DNA from: Callorhinchus milii
Taxonomy: Eukaryota
Assembly: GCF_018977255.1 (NCBI RefSeq)
Contig: NW_024704744.1
Location: 63,612,001 to 63,676,000 of the forward strand
DNA length: 64,000 nucleotides
Direction of reading: 5' to 3'
The translations under genes and the position numbers were made by a program. Below, in pieces: positions 10,675-24,272 of this stretch; the stretch's first letter is position 1, and each line of letters opens with the position of its first letter. The notes below the pieces were generated by a model that searched no databases, was not told the origin of the DNA, and saw nothing but the letters and a program-made list of their open reading frames with translations.

Positions 10675-13600
10675 GTACTGAACTAAACAGGACAACAGTT
10701 TACATTAGGGAAAGCTACAAGTACAGTGAAGCCTGTGTGTATTACAAGCATTTCCTGCACAAAGGAATTGTGACTTTCCCCTTAATACAAATTTGGTCTG
10801 AAATTTAGAATCTTGATTTACTCTCTGGATACAAGCAATCCATAACTGATACCACTGTTCTTTGTAAATAGTCATTTCTTTTTGCTCATCTCCTTGCCAT
10901 CTGTAAATTGAGTAATCTTTCATTCAGAAGTAGCTTGATATTGTATTTGCTCAGGCTTGACTGTGCAGAATATTAACTGTTAAAAAACATGTGTTGATAT
11001 GTGTTCATGTATATATGATTATATATTGATTAGATGCATTGGAGGCTTAGAACTAAATGTAGTTTACGTGCATGGTTAACTTTGTTAAGTAAAGGGGAGC
11101 TCCCAGATTTTTTTTTTTTTTAAAAGTTCCAAACTCCTTATTTGTGCCTTGTGTAGAGCCATTAAATGATTGCCCTGATTGAGTAGTTCTGATGGGAGTC
11201 AAGTAGTGGGGATCCTCTAAAAGAGTAATGCTTTGAGTCTCTAGCTGATAGGGTAGTTTTGTGAGTTATTTGGAGGGGAGGGAGTCTGCTTCACCAGATA
11301 CTGTAAGTAATCACACATCTCAGCAATTTTTGTGCAAAACAAACTTAGCAATGTCAAGATCACTTCTGAGTATTTGGCTTTGCCCTATTCTCATCAAAAT
11401 TTAGTACATTTAAATCTATAAGGATTTGATTCTTCAGATGTGTAGCAAATACACTTCTCGATTTACACTACATTATTCTCTAACTGAAGCATCCGTGAGC
11501 TTTAAAGTTTAAATAAAGGTTTAACTGGTGCATTTATCTAGAGTTAAAACATGGACATAATCTGACAGTGACCCCCATTTATAAAGATAAGTTGTGATAG
11601 GTACTGTTTTAGACTTGCATTTAAGACTTATCTCTTCGATCAAGCCTATGGTTACTTCCACTTCTCCCTTGCTCTGCGTTCCAACACCACCACTCACTGT
11701 ACAGCGCTCCGACACACTATCTTGCGTGAAAAACACTACATAAGTGCACGTTATTGTTGCATTTAATTTTCTAGTACAGTATAACCTTTATGCAATGTAT
11801 AAAATTTATTAATATATACTGATATTTTCGGGAGGTCAACTATTGGTTAATATTTTTTAAACTTGCCATCCCAAACTCGGGACTAGAAGATTCTTGATTA
11901 ATATCTTGGTCGGTCCAATTATCTCTTCACTGTTTTGCGGTTGCTAAAATACTATGTCTCAAATCTTCCTTGGTGTGAACAAGGCTTCCAGGATTGAACT
12001 GCCTCCCAAGAGCAGGCCAGTAATCCAAGGCACTGTTGATGGTTGACCAGCTCTACTGGCTCATCAATGAGACTTCAAGAACTGGACATATCCAACTGTG
12101 CAAGACAAAACCCAGCCAGTAGTTCAGTCCTGGTTCAACACGCATTATGAAACTTGCCAGAGTCCTGCACTGATATGCTGCGTGTTTGGTTTATTTCTTT
12201 TACGTATTGCAATCATTAATCCATCATTGTGAATGTCATCATACATCAGCTGCCTGAGCTGTTGTTCTAAGTGCATACACAGCCTTTTCCTGGTATGATA
12301 CATGGAAAATATAAATACTCCCATTAATTTCAGTATGTATAGTATAATCACTTTCTTAGTGACCGGGTGGATAAAGGTACCATTTGGTGTCCTATGTCAA
12401 AAAGGTTGTGGGCTTTTGGTACATTCAGTAATGTGTGTGGGCACAGCACTTAGGCACTTTAATTCGTTTTTTTGCCCTGTCTCGAAACTGTGCAGGCCAG
12501 CAGAAGAGAATAGGATTGGGCTTGTTTGATGGCTCCACAATTGAATGAATAGCCTGCCCAAACGCACTGTTTTGGTTCACACATGAAGAATGGCAACTTG
12601 GGCAAGGTACTTGAGGGCTCCTGTTGTCTATGGAACCACTCTTCAGCAAAGAGTTAGCTGCTTCAAAAGAGGAGGGGAGAAAATTAGAAAAAAGCAATTG
12701 GGTGATCTTAAAGTTTAATCTTATTTCATAGTTCAGATTATTATTTGAATTAATTAAAGTGCTGTCACCATATGATCATTCCTGGGGATCCATGCTTGAT
12801 GTAATTTTCTGTGTTTTGATATGAAAATGGTTGCCTTGTAGTTTCTGTGTTTTGATTAAATAGCTCTTATGGTTGGACTATTTCAGAATAATGGTCAAAG
12901 TTAGGAAAATTTTACATACTTTGCTTAGCAAGGCTGTTTTAGAAAACCACTCTGTGACATTTCATATGAACAGATAAGATCAGATAAGATCCAATATATT
13001 TATTACAGCACCTTAAGTGACATTTCTATGCAATAAAAATCACTCCTTACCCATTAAAGGAAAGCAATGTTGTGGGGCATATAATTTCCATCTGAGGTGC
13101 TCCTTTTTTTCCTTCCCTTTCCTGCACCCATAAGCACTGAAGAATAGTTGCTGCTATCCAGGAGAATAAACTCCCTATTTTCAGACTACAAAAAGGAGTC
13201 TGCTGGAGACTGAACACTTAATATGAGCTGCACAGAAACTGTGAAACTGCACAGAATTGTAAAGTGACAATCATTACTTGTCAAAGGCTTTTCAGTGTTT
13301 TGATGTAATGATGTCTTGTAAAAATGTGAGTTCTTTATTTTCCTTCCTGCAGTACCATTAAATAGGAGAGTGGAATAGGTGAAAACCTTCTTTGCACTAT
13401 GTTTCTAAATGTTTCCATTGTCCATTATAACCCATTCCATTATAACCCATGGATTATGCCTTAGCCATCATTAATAGCAGAAATTTCATATTTATTCTTT
13501 AAATGTGGTGTTGCACGGACTCATTATCTCATGTGCTTTTATTTAACTTTGAACTTGTCAAATACATTTTTGCATTAATGTTTTCAGTCTTGGGTATGTG

Positions 13601-14017
13601 GATCACAAATCAATGCTCCTGCTGATGTTATTAAGCAGGTGTTCCATGATAGTAGGTCAATGGCAGGCACCACACCTGAGTCTAATGCACATTCAACACA
13701 GATCACTGGATAGAAATCAGAAATCTCTTGATATATCCTCTTGTATTGTCTGGAAGTCAGGAACGGAGCTGAGAAGAAATTCGAGGTTATCGCAACCTCT
13801 TAGATTGTTTTTCTACAAACGTGTTTTGTTTGTTTGGTATTGACATCAAAAATGGTTTGTCAAGTTTTTTTCCTTTGTTTTAGTGTACTCTTATACCTGG
13901 GTTCCATCCAAATTATATGGGTTATAAACACAGAAATTTATTACTGAGTGAAAAAAATCAAAATAAGGTATAAAAGTTTAAAGCTATTATTCTTTCTCTT
14001 CTGGACGAATGGAACAG

Positions 14018-14160
14018 AGGATAGTTGAGAATGAGAAACTGAACGCAGAGAAAACATCAAAACAAAAAGTGGATCTGCAATCCCTTCCAACTCGGGCATA
14101 TCTGGATCAAACTGTGGTACCCATTCTTTTGCAAGGCCTTTCAGTTCTGGCAAAAGAAAG
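14018..14160 (+). CDS. DPY30: DPY30 coding exon 4
   Basis: [48 protein letters not shown] (Dpy-30 motif), AG|gtaaga donor. Confidence 0.97.
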
Positions 14161-15059
14161 GTAAGATATTTAGAATAGCAAGTGAAATGTACACTGCTCT
14201 GTTATTCAGAGGGATGGGTACTAAGTGGTAAGAATTTATCAAAGATTTTGTATTTAAAAGACCTTTTTTTAAAAAGATTAAATCTAACATTTAGTACCTG
14301 GGTAGTATTCTGGAATGATTACCATTGAACTGTTACTTCAGGTTTAAAACTGCCCCATATGTTGAGAAAGGATTTTACTATTGGGCATATAAATCTTTTG
14401 ATGCTTAAGATACAAAATAAAAACCTGTTTTGCTTTTTATTTCATGCAATGCTGAAAAGGCTGCTGCAAAGTGGAATAGGCAGAGAAAGTTTCATAATTT
14501 TAACAGAGCTAATCATTGGGTCAGATCTAAATTTGTTGGCACTGAGGCAACAGTTCCACAGTATTTGTACCCTTTTACCTTTGCTGTAAATCTTAGCTGT
14601 GGATCTTGTTCTGTACTGTGGGGTACTAAAACATTTCAGTTTTAGACAATGAGCTTCACATGGACTTTTTCAGTGCTGATTATGGCTGTCCATTCCTCCA
14701 TGGTTCTGCTCATCCACTTTCTCCTTTCGGTTGTGATTCCACATACATTCTTCTTAATATAACACTGAAACGAGAGCTAGGTTTTAAGGGTTTCAGATCA
14801 GCTTTGGAAAGAGTTTTCTATTTTCTTTCTTTACATCCTTATTTATCTTTTGTCACTGGTAATCTCTGTGTCCTTCCTGATGTCTTGCCCTGTAGGAATT
14901 ATAAAATTTATTTAAACTGTGATTATCTCTGTGGGTTTAACTAGATTTTGGATTTTTTAAAATAAACTATTTCACTTGAAACGTTCAATGTACTTCACCA
15001 CAGCACAAAGTACATGTGGGTAATTACTTATTTGGTACTGTTTTTAATTGCCTTTTTAG

Positions 15060-15132
15060 ACCTCCAAATCCTATAGAGTTCCTGGCGGCTTACCTTCTGA
15101 AGAATAAATCGCAGTTTGAAGAGAGAAATTAA
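15060..15132 (+). CDS. DPY30: DPY30 last coding exon
   Basis: [26 protein letters not shown] after a tttttag acceptor. Confidence 0.97.
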
Positions 15133-15362
15133 CTTGGTGATAGACAAGCAAAATTTACACACCAGTTCAGATTTGCCAGTGGCATGGAGTTGTGAAACAA
15201 CTGAAGCTGCATATCACTACTTGTGAAAACAAATAAAGGGGAACAAATGCAGAAAGCCAAAATATAGATATAGACAGTATGGCCCATTATCTGTGTAAGG
15301 CGTGATTGAGTGAAGTGGCTACTGAAATATTTTCTGTAATTTATATAACCATTATGCTGTTA

Positions 15363-15368
15363 AATAAA
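15363..15368 (+). terminator. Probable DPY30 polyadenylation signal (alternative AATAAA at 15232-15237)
   Basis: AATAAA followed by a T/GT-rich downstream tract. Confidence 0.6.
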
Positions 15369-15521
15369 CCAGTTTTGTTTTTATATTGGTTTAGTTGTGT
15401 TCTTTTCTTTGGTTTGTACAATCCTTTAATTTTAATAACTTAGGTCATTCAAGAAAATAATCTGGTTCCTATAATATTCAAGGAATTTGTCCAATAAACC
15501 CACACAGTACCTGAGGCACAC

Positions 15522-16135
15522 AGGTGCCTTCATCACCTCAAGGCTGGACTATGGGAACTCTCTCCTCGCCGGCCTTCCCGGCACCTCCCTCCACAAGCTG
15601 CAGGTCATCCAGAACTCTGCAGCTCGTGTACTGTCCCACACCAGGCTTCGCGACCACATCACTCCCACCCTCGCTCGCCTCCACTGGCTTCCCATCCCCC
15701 AGAGGATCGAATTCAAGATCCTCACCTACAAGGCCATTCACGGCCTTGCTCCCTCCTACCTCTCCGACCTACTATCCCCCGACCTACCTGCCCGTACCCT
15801 CCGTTCCTCCGGCTCCGGTCTGCTCCACATCCCCCGCCCCATCCGCCCTACCATCAGTGGCCGGGCCTTCAGCCTCAGTCCCCAGGCTCTGGAACTCTAT
15901 CCCCCAGTGCCTTCGCCGCCTCCTCCCTTTCCTCCTTCAAGGCCGGTCTCAAGACCTTTCTCTTTGACCGTGACTTCAGCTCGCCTCTCGACTCTCCACC
16001 CCCTCCTCGCTCCCTCCCTCCCTTCCCTCACCCTGACCATTTCCCCCCTGCTCGGGTCCTGACCCAACTGTACAGCGCCTTGGGACGTCCTCCTGACGTG
16101 AAAGGCGCTCTATAAATGGAATCTTGTTGTTGTTG
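15522..16135 (+). mobile_element. Young L2 LINE 3' fragment
   Basis: SRLDYGNSLLAGLP...LHWLPIPQRIEFK; tail GGGACGTCCTCCTGACGTGAAAGGCGCT...(TTG)n. Confidence 0.93.
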
Positions 16136-17260
16136 AGGCACACCAACCAAATTGAAAGTAAATGGTACTTATCTCTGAAATTTCCATGCATAGGTGGGAT
16201 GCATAGAACTTTTGGTTTGGTTTGGAGAACTTAGTCATGATGATGGATTTCTGCATGTGTGTGATACCCAACTGAAGCCCCACACCAACTGACTGATTAA
16301 TCTCGTGAGCAGGGGAGCAGCATATCTCTTGTGACAGGACTGGATGTATAACCAAGCCTACAAGTAAGGTACAAGGGCCTGGTGCATGCACTTAGGAATA
16401 TTGTTACAATTAATAATAATAATAATCCTTGCATTTGATATAGCGCTTTTCACGTCAGGAGGGCGTCCCAAAGCGCTTCACAGAACACACTGTAAATTGA
16501 ATTGACTGTATATTTGTGGGCGAACGCAGCAGCCAATTGCGCACAGCAATGTCCCACAAACAGTCGTAGATTGAAAATGACCAATTTATTATTGTTTTGC
16601 ATGTTTGAGGAATAGTCTCACAAAATGGTATGTTCATGTACACCAGAACTGCAGTAGTCTTGAAGATTGGGGAAGAAAGCAAGAGAGGCAGCTAAGATAA
16701 GGGTAAAAAGAGAAAATGAGAAAGAGATAAACACCTTGCACCCTTCATTGAAGCATTTCAGAGATGAAAGTCTGAACAGGGTGGAATACAGAGGTAGTGG
16801 TCGAGAGAAGTTTTTCAAAGGGATTTTGAAACAAAAGGAAGAGGCAAGGTTGGGAGATTTAGAGAAAATTCCAGAGATCAGGGTCAAAGTTGCTCAACTT
16901 GTCCACCAATTGTGTAGCGGGGATGTAGAAGTATCAAAGTTGAGGGAGGTTGCACCATAAATCTCAAGAGGTGTCAGTGAGGGAGGTGCAGCAGGCAAGA
17001 GGGCATCAGAGAGCAGAGGGGGTGGACCAAAGGAGATTAGCAATAGGAGGAGGTGGTGGGCAATGTGGCCTGAACGGAGCTGAGGATTTAGGCAAGGGAG
17101 TGAGATCACAGAAATCAGGGATGGTAATGTTGCAAAGGCATTTACGTCAGACCAAAGGTTGTAAAATCAAACTACTAGAGGTAGAAGGTAGAAATAGAAA
17201 TACAGTAGAAGAAAGACAGAATAACAAAGGAAAAGTGGAAACAGGTGAGCATAAGGTCAT

Positions 17261-17545
17261 GGAGTCCTGTAGCTTAGTGATTAGAGCACTTGCCTTGCAA
17301 GTGAGAAGACCTGGATGTGATTCCCAGGCAGGGCGAAACGTTGGGCAAGTTTCCTTACAAACAGCTCTGTTTACCTAGCAGCAAGTAGCAACCCGGTTGT
17401 TAGTCGATTGGTGGATCGCTTTTGCGGAGGTAATAATCCCTAAAAATAATAATTTGGTTACTCAGTCCACAACTGTGTGGGACACTGCTCTGCACAATTG
17501 GCTGCTGAGTTTCTACCACAAAATATAGTCAGTTCACATGTAAAT
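17261..17545 (+). mobile_element. tRNA-headed SINE, subfamily B (extra central segment)
   Basis: Same head plus TTTACCTAGCAGCAAGTAGCAACCCGGTTGTTAGTCGATTGG. Confidence 0.85.
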
Positions 17546-19584
17546 ATAATAAAATAATCCTTGCATTTGATATATATATATATAGGATAATTATATATGG
17601 TGCTTTTCACGTCTTCTAGATAATAATAATAATCCTTGCATTTGATATAGCGCTTTTCACGTCGGGAGGACATCCCAAAGCGCTTCACAGAATATACTGT
17701 AAAGTGAATTGACTGTATATTTGTGAGCAAAAATACGTGGAATCCCTTCATAATTGTATGTACAAAGGTATGGTCAGGGTAATATCCTTGTACGTGTACG
17801 TAGATCGACAATGTCAATGGAAAATCCCTGTAGATATGTAATGTTCCTTTATGTCTGCAGATCAATGTGGTCTGTGTAATCCCTTGCATTACTTCAGGTC
17901 CCGTCTAAAGACCATGCTCTTCGAACGTGCCGACTCCCAGCTTGGGTCCAAAAAACCCTGACTGTCCAAGACCCTGAGCTGTCTTTCCAACATGAAGGGC
18001 GCTTTACAAGTGTAATTTGTTACTGTTGTATGCAGAGTGCATTGAATGCACATGGTCGGTGCAGGGCCTGTTTTCTTCTCCCATTTACTTGGAAAGATCC
18101 AGACACAGAAACATTGTGAACATAGTAATTTATATTCAGTTCCTTGAATGTATGACGTATTTACAAATAATTATTTTCACGGCATAAGCAAGATAATGAG
18201 TTGTAGCAGTGGCTTGAGTCATGATGCATTGTTTTCTAAATGCTGCAAATTGCATAATATAACAAAGTAGCATTACTTTAAAAGTAATGTTTATTCGTGG
18301 GTTTTATCCACATTTATTTTGTTATAATACAAGCAAAACAAAAGTTGTTGATATCTTCTTTGCGATGAAATTAACAATAATAATCATAACTATTCGATAC
18401 AGTAGCATCAGTTTTACTGATTTTTTTTATCTATGGGGAAGAGAAGGAATACACAATTTCAGAAATGCACTTAAGTTTAAAAAAAGATAACCATCTATTT
18501 ACATAAATATAAAATGGTTAATCTGTTCTTTCAACATTTGAAGTACAGGGTACGATGGTAATGTTTTGCTATTTAAAAGGATTGCTATTCCCGTCTTGTC
18601 ATCAGCACAAGATATTTATGTGAGGTACAAGGTTTTGTGACTTGTAGTATTTGAAGAAGTCTACGTTCTACATGAATTTGGTTGGTTCTGAGTTGACACA
18701 TTATTTGCATTGAGTCGAACTTGAATCATCATCCAAATTATTTCTCCTGACCAAAGTTAAATATGCAATTATATCTAAAGTTACTGAACATTTAACTATA
18801 AGTAAATGCAGAAAATCTGAATCACTTTTTAAAGTCGCATTTCACGATAGACAGGCCTATTGGGAATGCTGCACATCTTTTCACACCAAGTTTTACATGT
18901 GGATCTAGATAACTGTAGCAGTTGGTTAGATTAACAACATTCCAAGCAGAAGCAGGGATACACAAAGAAATCTGAAGTGTTAATGAAAAGTCATGATCAA
19001 AGGAACCAAACTCAGAATGAACCAAATTCATGTAGAACATCACCCTAAGGAGGTGACAGTAATATGAAACAGTCATTCACACCAGATACATATTGTGCAG
19101 GAATATTGCACTATTATGGCAAGACATACAATCTTTTATATGACTCCACGTGTATTTGCCCTACTCCCAAATACCACTTTTCTTTTAATATATGACAAGT
19201 CCATCGAACAATACAGACACACTGGAAGTGTGAAACAAACATGTGCCATGCAGCCAGCACCAGATCAAAGTGAATGATTAGCTTTCAACCCAGAGCTAAA
19301 TCATTAAAAAAAATTGAAAAGGTGATCTGCATTGTAATGAAGAAATTAACAATGCTGAAAATCAGTTAATCCATCGAGCCTTAAAAATATATGAATTGAA
19401 GAACACAAGTGTTACAGAGGATTGAATTTGCAGAACATAATTTAGTATTACTACAGCTCCAGGACAAGCACTGTAGTGAAGAGATCAAAACAGAAGCAAT
19501 GTTGCACAGACAACATTAATAATCTTAATGCAACACAGGCTATTCTTTTGCTTAGAATCTATCCCGAATAGTCTATCCACATAG

Positions 19585-19910
19585 TGTATGCTGGCAGTGT
19601 GCTGCATTGTTGGAGGTGCCATTCTGCAGATGAGATGTTAAACTGAGGTCCTGTCTGCCTATTCAGGTAGATGTTAAAGATCCCATGGCACTATTCAGAA
19701 AGAGAAGGGAGTTTCTCCCAGTGCCCTGACCAATAATCCCCTAAATAATATTGGTCACTCACTTCATGGCATTTGTGGAAAATTGCACATTGGCTGCTAC
19801 GTTTGCGCACAAAATACAGTCACACCACTCTACAGTAGACCCAGTGAAGCATTTTGAGATGCTTCAATGACGCGATGAGGTGCTACATCATATGCAAGGA
19901 TTATATATTT
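19585..19910 (+). mobile_element. Old Deu-domain-type SINE within the probable PSEN2 3' UTR
   Basis: GATGAGATGTTAAACTGAGG...AAAGATCCCATGGCACTATT...GGAGTTTCTCCC core. Confidence 0.65.
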
Positions 19911-20516
19911 TCCTTCATCTCTGAGTAGGAGATACTTACACAATATAAATATTTTATATGAAGTAACAGCTAATAACCGGTAGCTTAATATTCATTCAAA
20001 TCCTTCTTGACAAAGGCTCAGCTAATACAGAAATATTGGGTTACTAAACTGCCCAGTCCATTTTAAAAGATCAACATTTTAAAGTCCTCTTCACTACCAA
20101 AGAAGTTTGTTTCAATTGTACTTTCAACATTAGAAAAAACAACTTGCTCATAAAGCTACTTTTACCTACTAGATTTTCTTTTAATTTTTCTCATGATCTA
20201 GATAATTATATCTTAAAACAAGAACATCCTTTAGAAAATGGGGGTGACAACTATTAATTTAAACTTAACGAGAATCTCAAATTCATAATTTTTTTTAAAA
20301 AATAAGGAAAAAGGAATATTTCATACAGGGGTTGGTTTTGCTGGAAAGTGGAAGTGTTGAAACATTAGCAGGTTACATTGGGTTGAGTATTCCAATAGTG
20401 GTGATGCTTTTGCCTTTCTTTTGAAGTGCTCTGGCTCACTTTCCCTGACTTCGTACTCAACATCAATCTCGCTGAGACACAGCGTTGTGAGGGACATTGC
20501 TCCAGCAGGAAGGCAC

Positions 20517-20714
<198 letters not shown>

Positions 20715-20738
20715 TCATTTTTACTTGCAACAATGTCA

Positions 20739-21002
<264 letters not shown>

Positions 21003-21692
21003 TCAAGTGAAGACCAATTCAATTAATAATCATTTTCCATTTAATTGGAATTAATTGAGAACACAAATGACACATTATCTCCAGATTGGAGTCTAATTTT
21101 GTGGGATTGCTTCACCAGAAATATGTGATCGAATTTCCTCAAATTTCTGTGCAGCACATTTAGTGTTTCAGAAATTCACTGGATGCATTACATAATACAA
21201 TCCAAAAGTTACATTTGTATAGCACCTTTCACTTCGGGAGGACGTCCCAAGGTGTCCAAACATTCCGAACATTGTTTCAAACATTCAACATTTAGAAATG
21301 CGAGAATAGCACATTTCTTATTAAGATATCTGTTGCAGAAATACCACAAATTAGACCTGGGAATCCGAGTGATGTTATGAAGTTCTGTTGTGTGTGAACT
21401 AATTGTAGGGAAATCCAGTGGATTGATAACCTCAATGAACTGAAAAAGAAGAAAGTAAATCGCAGGTGGAAGGAAAACAGAAAATCAGTGAGTTGAAGTG
21501 GAGAGAAGGCTACAGGACATGTAGGGCGAGCTCCCCTCATCAGCTCGAAAATAATCACTTATTCAGTAGGTGAGAGGCAGCCGTGCTGTTCCACACAAAT
21601 CACTTTCTCAGAAATATAAAGCAACTCAGTTTTTTTTACAATTCACCTGACGTTAATCTCAGGTGGAACAAAGCTCGGAAGCAGCCACTTAC

Positions 21693-21836
21693 TTTCCTCC
21701 TCTGGGTCCTCAGGACTAACTGTTGTACGATTCATTCCTTGGATTAGGATCTGAGGCACATCAGTGGCATCATTAGACTCGGGGGTGACGGGGTGATTTG
21801 CTCCAGACTCTACTGAATAATTGTCCAAATAATTTT
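21693..21836 (-). CDS. PSEN2: PSEN2 hydrophilic-loop exon
   Basis: NYLDNYSVESGANHPV...PEDPEEE, phase 1-1, gtttag acceptor and gtaagt donor. Confidence 0.85.
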
Positions 21837-23779
21837 CTAAACACAATGGGAAAAAACACAGAAATTATTGAACCTATTTTTTCATCCATTAAAGATGTTT
21901 TTCCAGCAAAATCGGACTTCTCCCATTTCCCAGCTCTCGTGTCCATCATCTTTTTAAGCACAAAATTGAACCCGTCATCAGTAATGTGAGACTCTAATAT
22001 ATATATATATATAAAATATAGGAATGTGAGGTGAGACAGCATAGCATGGGCACATATAAATAATCCTTAATCCTTACATTTGGTGTAGCGCCTTTCACAT
22101 CAGGAGAACATTCCAAAGAGCTTCATAGAATATACTTAAAGTGGAATGACTGTGTGTTTTGTGGGCGAAAACAGCAGCCAATTTGAGCAACGCAAAGATC
22201 CTTTGCGTTGCTCAAATACAGCTGGGAACTCCTCCTCCCGCACACACATCCCTCACTGCAAACGCTGAGCAGAATGTTGCAGTAAAGATTCTAGGATGAT
22301 GTGTTAATGGGATGGCCAAGCCTCAGTGAAGGTGGCTTCCAAGTCTGGGCTCTTGCCTACCTGTGCCTATAACAAAGCCCTAACGGATAGGGTATTCTTA
22401 GCTGGACAATAATAATCCTTTCATTTGACATAGCGCCTTATCAGGTCATCGAAACGTCTCAAAGTGCTTCACAGAAATATACTCTAAAGTGGTTTAACTG
22501 TTTGTTTTGTGGGCAAAACGCAGCAGCCAGTTTGCGCACAGCAATGTCCCACAAACAGCCAAGGACTAAGTGATCAATTCAATTCCAGCCGTAACCCAAT
22601 GCACTCTCTGGGGTGCCCAAATTTTGGCTCTTGCAAATCAGCGCCAAATACTCTCCAGAATTATGTAAGTAGAGTGCATCCTTCCAGAGAGAGTACATTC
22701 CATTTCAGGTGCAGGGAAATTTTCACGTGCAGGTGGCTTACAAGTGTGGAATTCTCAGTCTGGTTTGGATACTGCTAAGAATTTTTTTAAAAAAATACCA
22801 GCGGTTAAAAGCAGAAAGTACAACATTAAATTGTTTCTTTTGAGAAACAAAACTGCTTTCAAATAGGAATCATCTACGTCTCTCTTGATCGTTTCATCAA
22901 AAACAGGAATGCTCAGGAGGAGAGTAATGCGAATCAAGGTGCAGATTTCTGAGGTTATTCAAGATCATGCTTTGTATTTATCAGCAGCCATGAACTGCTT
23001 TAATTTCTGGTGGCGACCAATCTCCATGACTCTACTTTAACATCAGAGCCTGGTTCAGGACCTTGGATTATTCACAAATCATGTGTTTTATCAAACTTGA
23101 GTTGCAAAAATATTAACTAGAAAACCACTATTCAGTGATTTTGAGAATTTTTCGACAAGAAATGTTGCAATGCTGTGATTGTTTTGCTGGTTATGGAGGC
23201 ATGTGGTGTAAGTGAAAAAGCAAGTTTCACATTTACTCCAGTACTACAACATGGGCACATATGTGTGAAAATGACAGACATTTTGTTCAAACCCATTTTT
23301 GTGGTCTCAACAGAAACCAACTAAAATCTGAATTAGAGAGCATGAATAGAGTACTAATTGCACTCTTGGTGAATGCTAATTGCGCTGTATTGACTTCAAA
23401 GGTTAAAACTATCCTACCGCTTAATCAATCCTTAACTAGAATTTGGGGCAAGATCCACAGTTTCGCCCTTTTTGCTATCCATTTTTATACATCCCTTGCA
23501 AAAGCCTCACAATGTCTCCCATGCAATGCAAGAACCACACAGTGTCTGTGCTATAAACCTCGAGCTCAATGCAGCAATATTTGCCAATTCACTGCTGTGG
23601 CTGAAAACCAATTGAAACGCTTGGGTCCAGATGTATGATTTCTGAATGAGATTCCTTAATCCTTAATTCCGTAATCCTTTTGCAAAGATTGGGCTCTGAA
23701 AGTGGACTGCATTGGACTGTAATGTTCCCACCCATCAGGGTGACAAATTTGCTGCTGCCAGGAGTCTCCTGTTTGGTTA

Positions 23780-24114
23780 TTAATAATAATAATAATCCTT
23801 GCATTTCATAGAGCATTTTCATGTCTTTTAGACGTCTCAAAGCACATCACAGAATATATTGTAAAGTGAATTGACTGTATATTTGTGGGTGAAATGCGGC
23901 AGCTAATTGCGCACAGCAGTGTCCCACAAACAGTTGTGGATTGAGTGAACAAATTATTATTTTTATATTTTTTAGGGATAATTATCCCCGGAAAAGCGAT
24001 CCGCCAATTGACTAATAAACGGGTTCCTACTTGCCCAACATTTCGCCCTGCCGGGAATCGAACCCAGGTCTCTCGCTTGCAAGCTGAGTGCTCTAACCAC
24101 TGAGCTATAGGACT
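23780..24114 (-). mobile_element. tRNA-headed SINE, subfamily B
   Basis: Antisense head, centre and (ATT)n tail. Confidence 0.87.
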
Positions 24115-24194
24115 TTTAATCCCATGACAAAATACGTCATTTTAGACATTTGTCTTGAAAAAGTTGCTTCTCCCTCACCCGTCCCTGGACTAAC

Positions 24195-24272
24195 CTGAAG
24201 TGCCGGTTTGGTTGAGAGGCTCCTCTGTGGCCACGTCTCGCTTTGCCATGCTCACCAGCCAAACCATGGTGG
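24195..24272 (-). CDS. PSEN2: PSEN2 endoproteolysis-region exon
   Basis: STMVWLVSMAKRDVATEEPLNQTGTS, ctctttag acceptor and gttagt donor. Confidence 0.92.
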
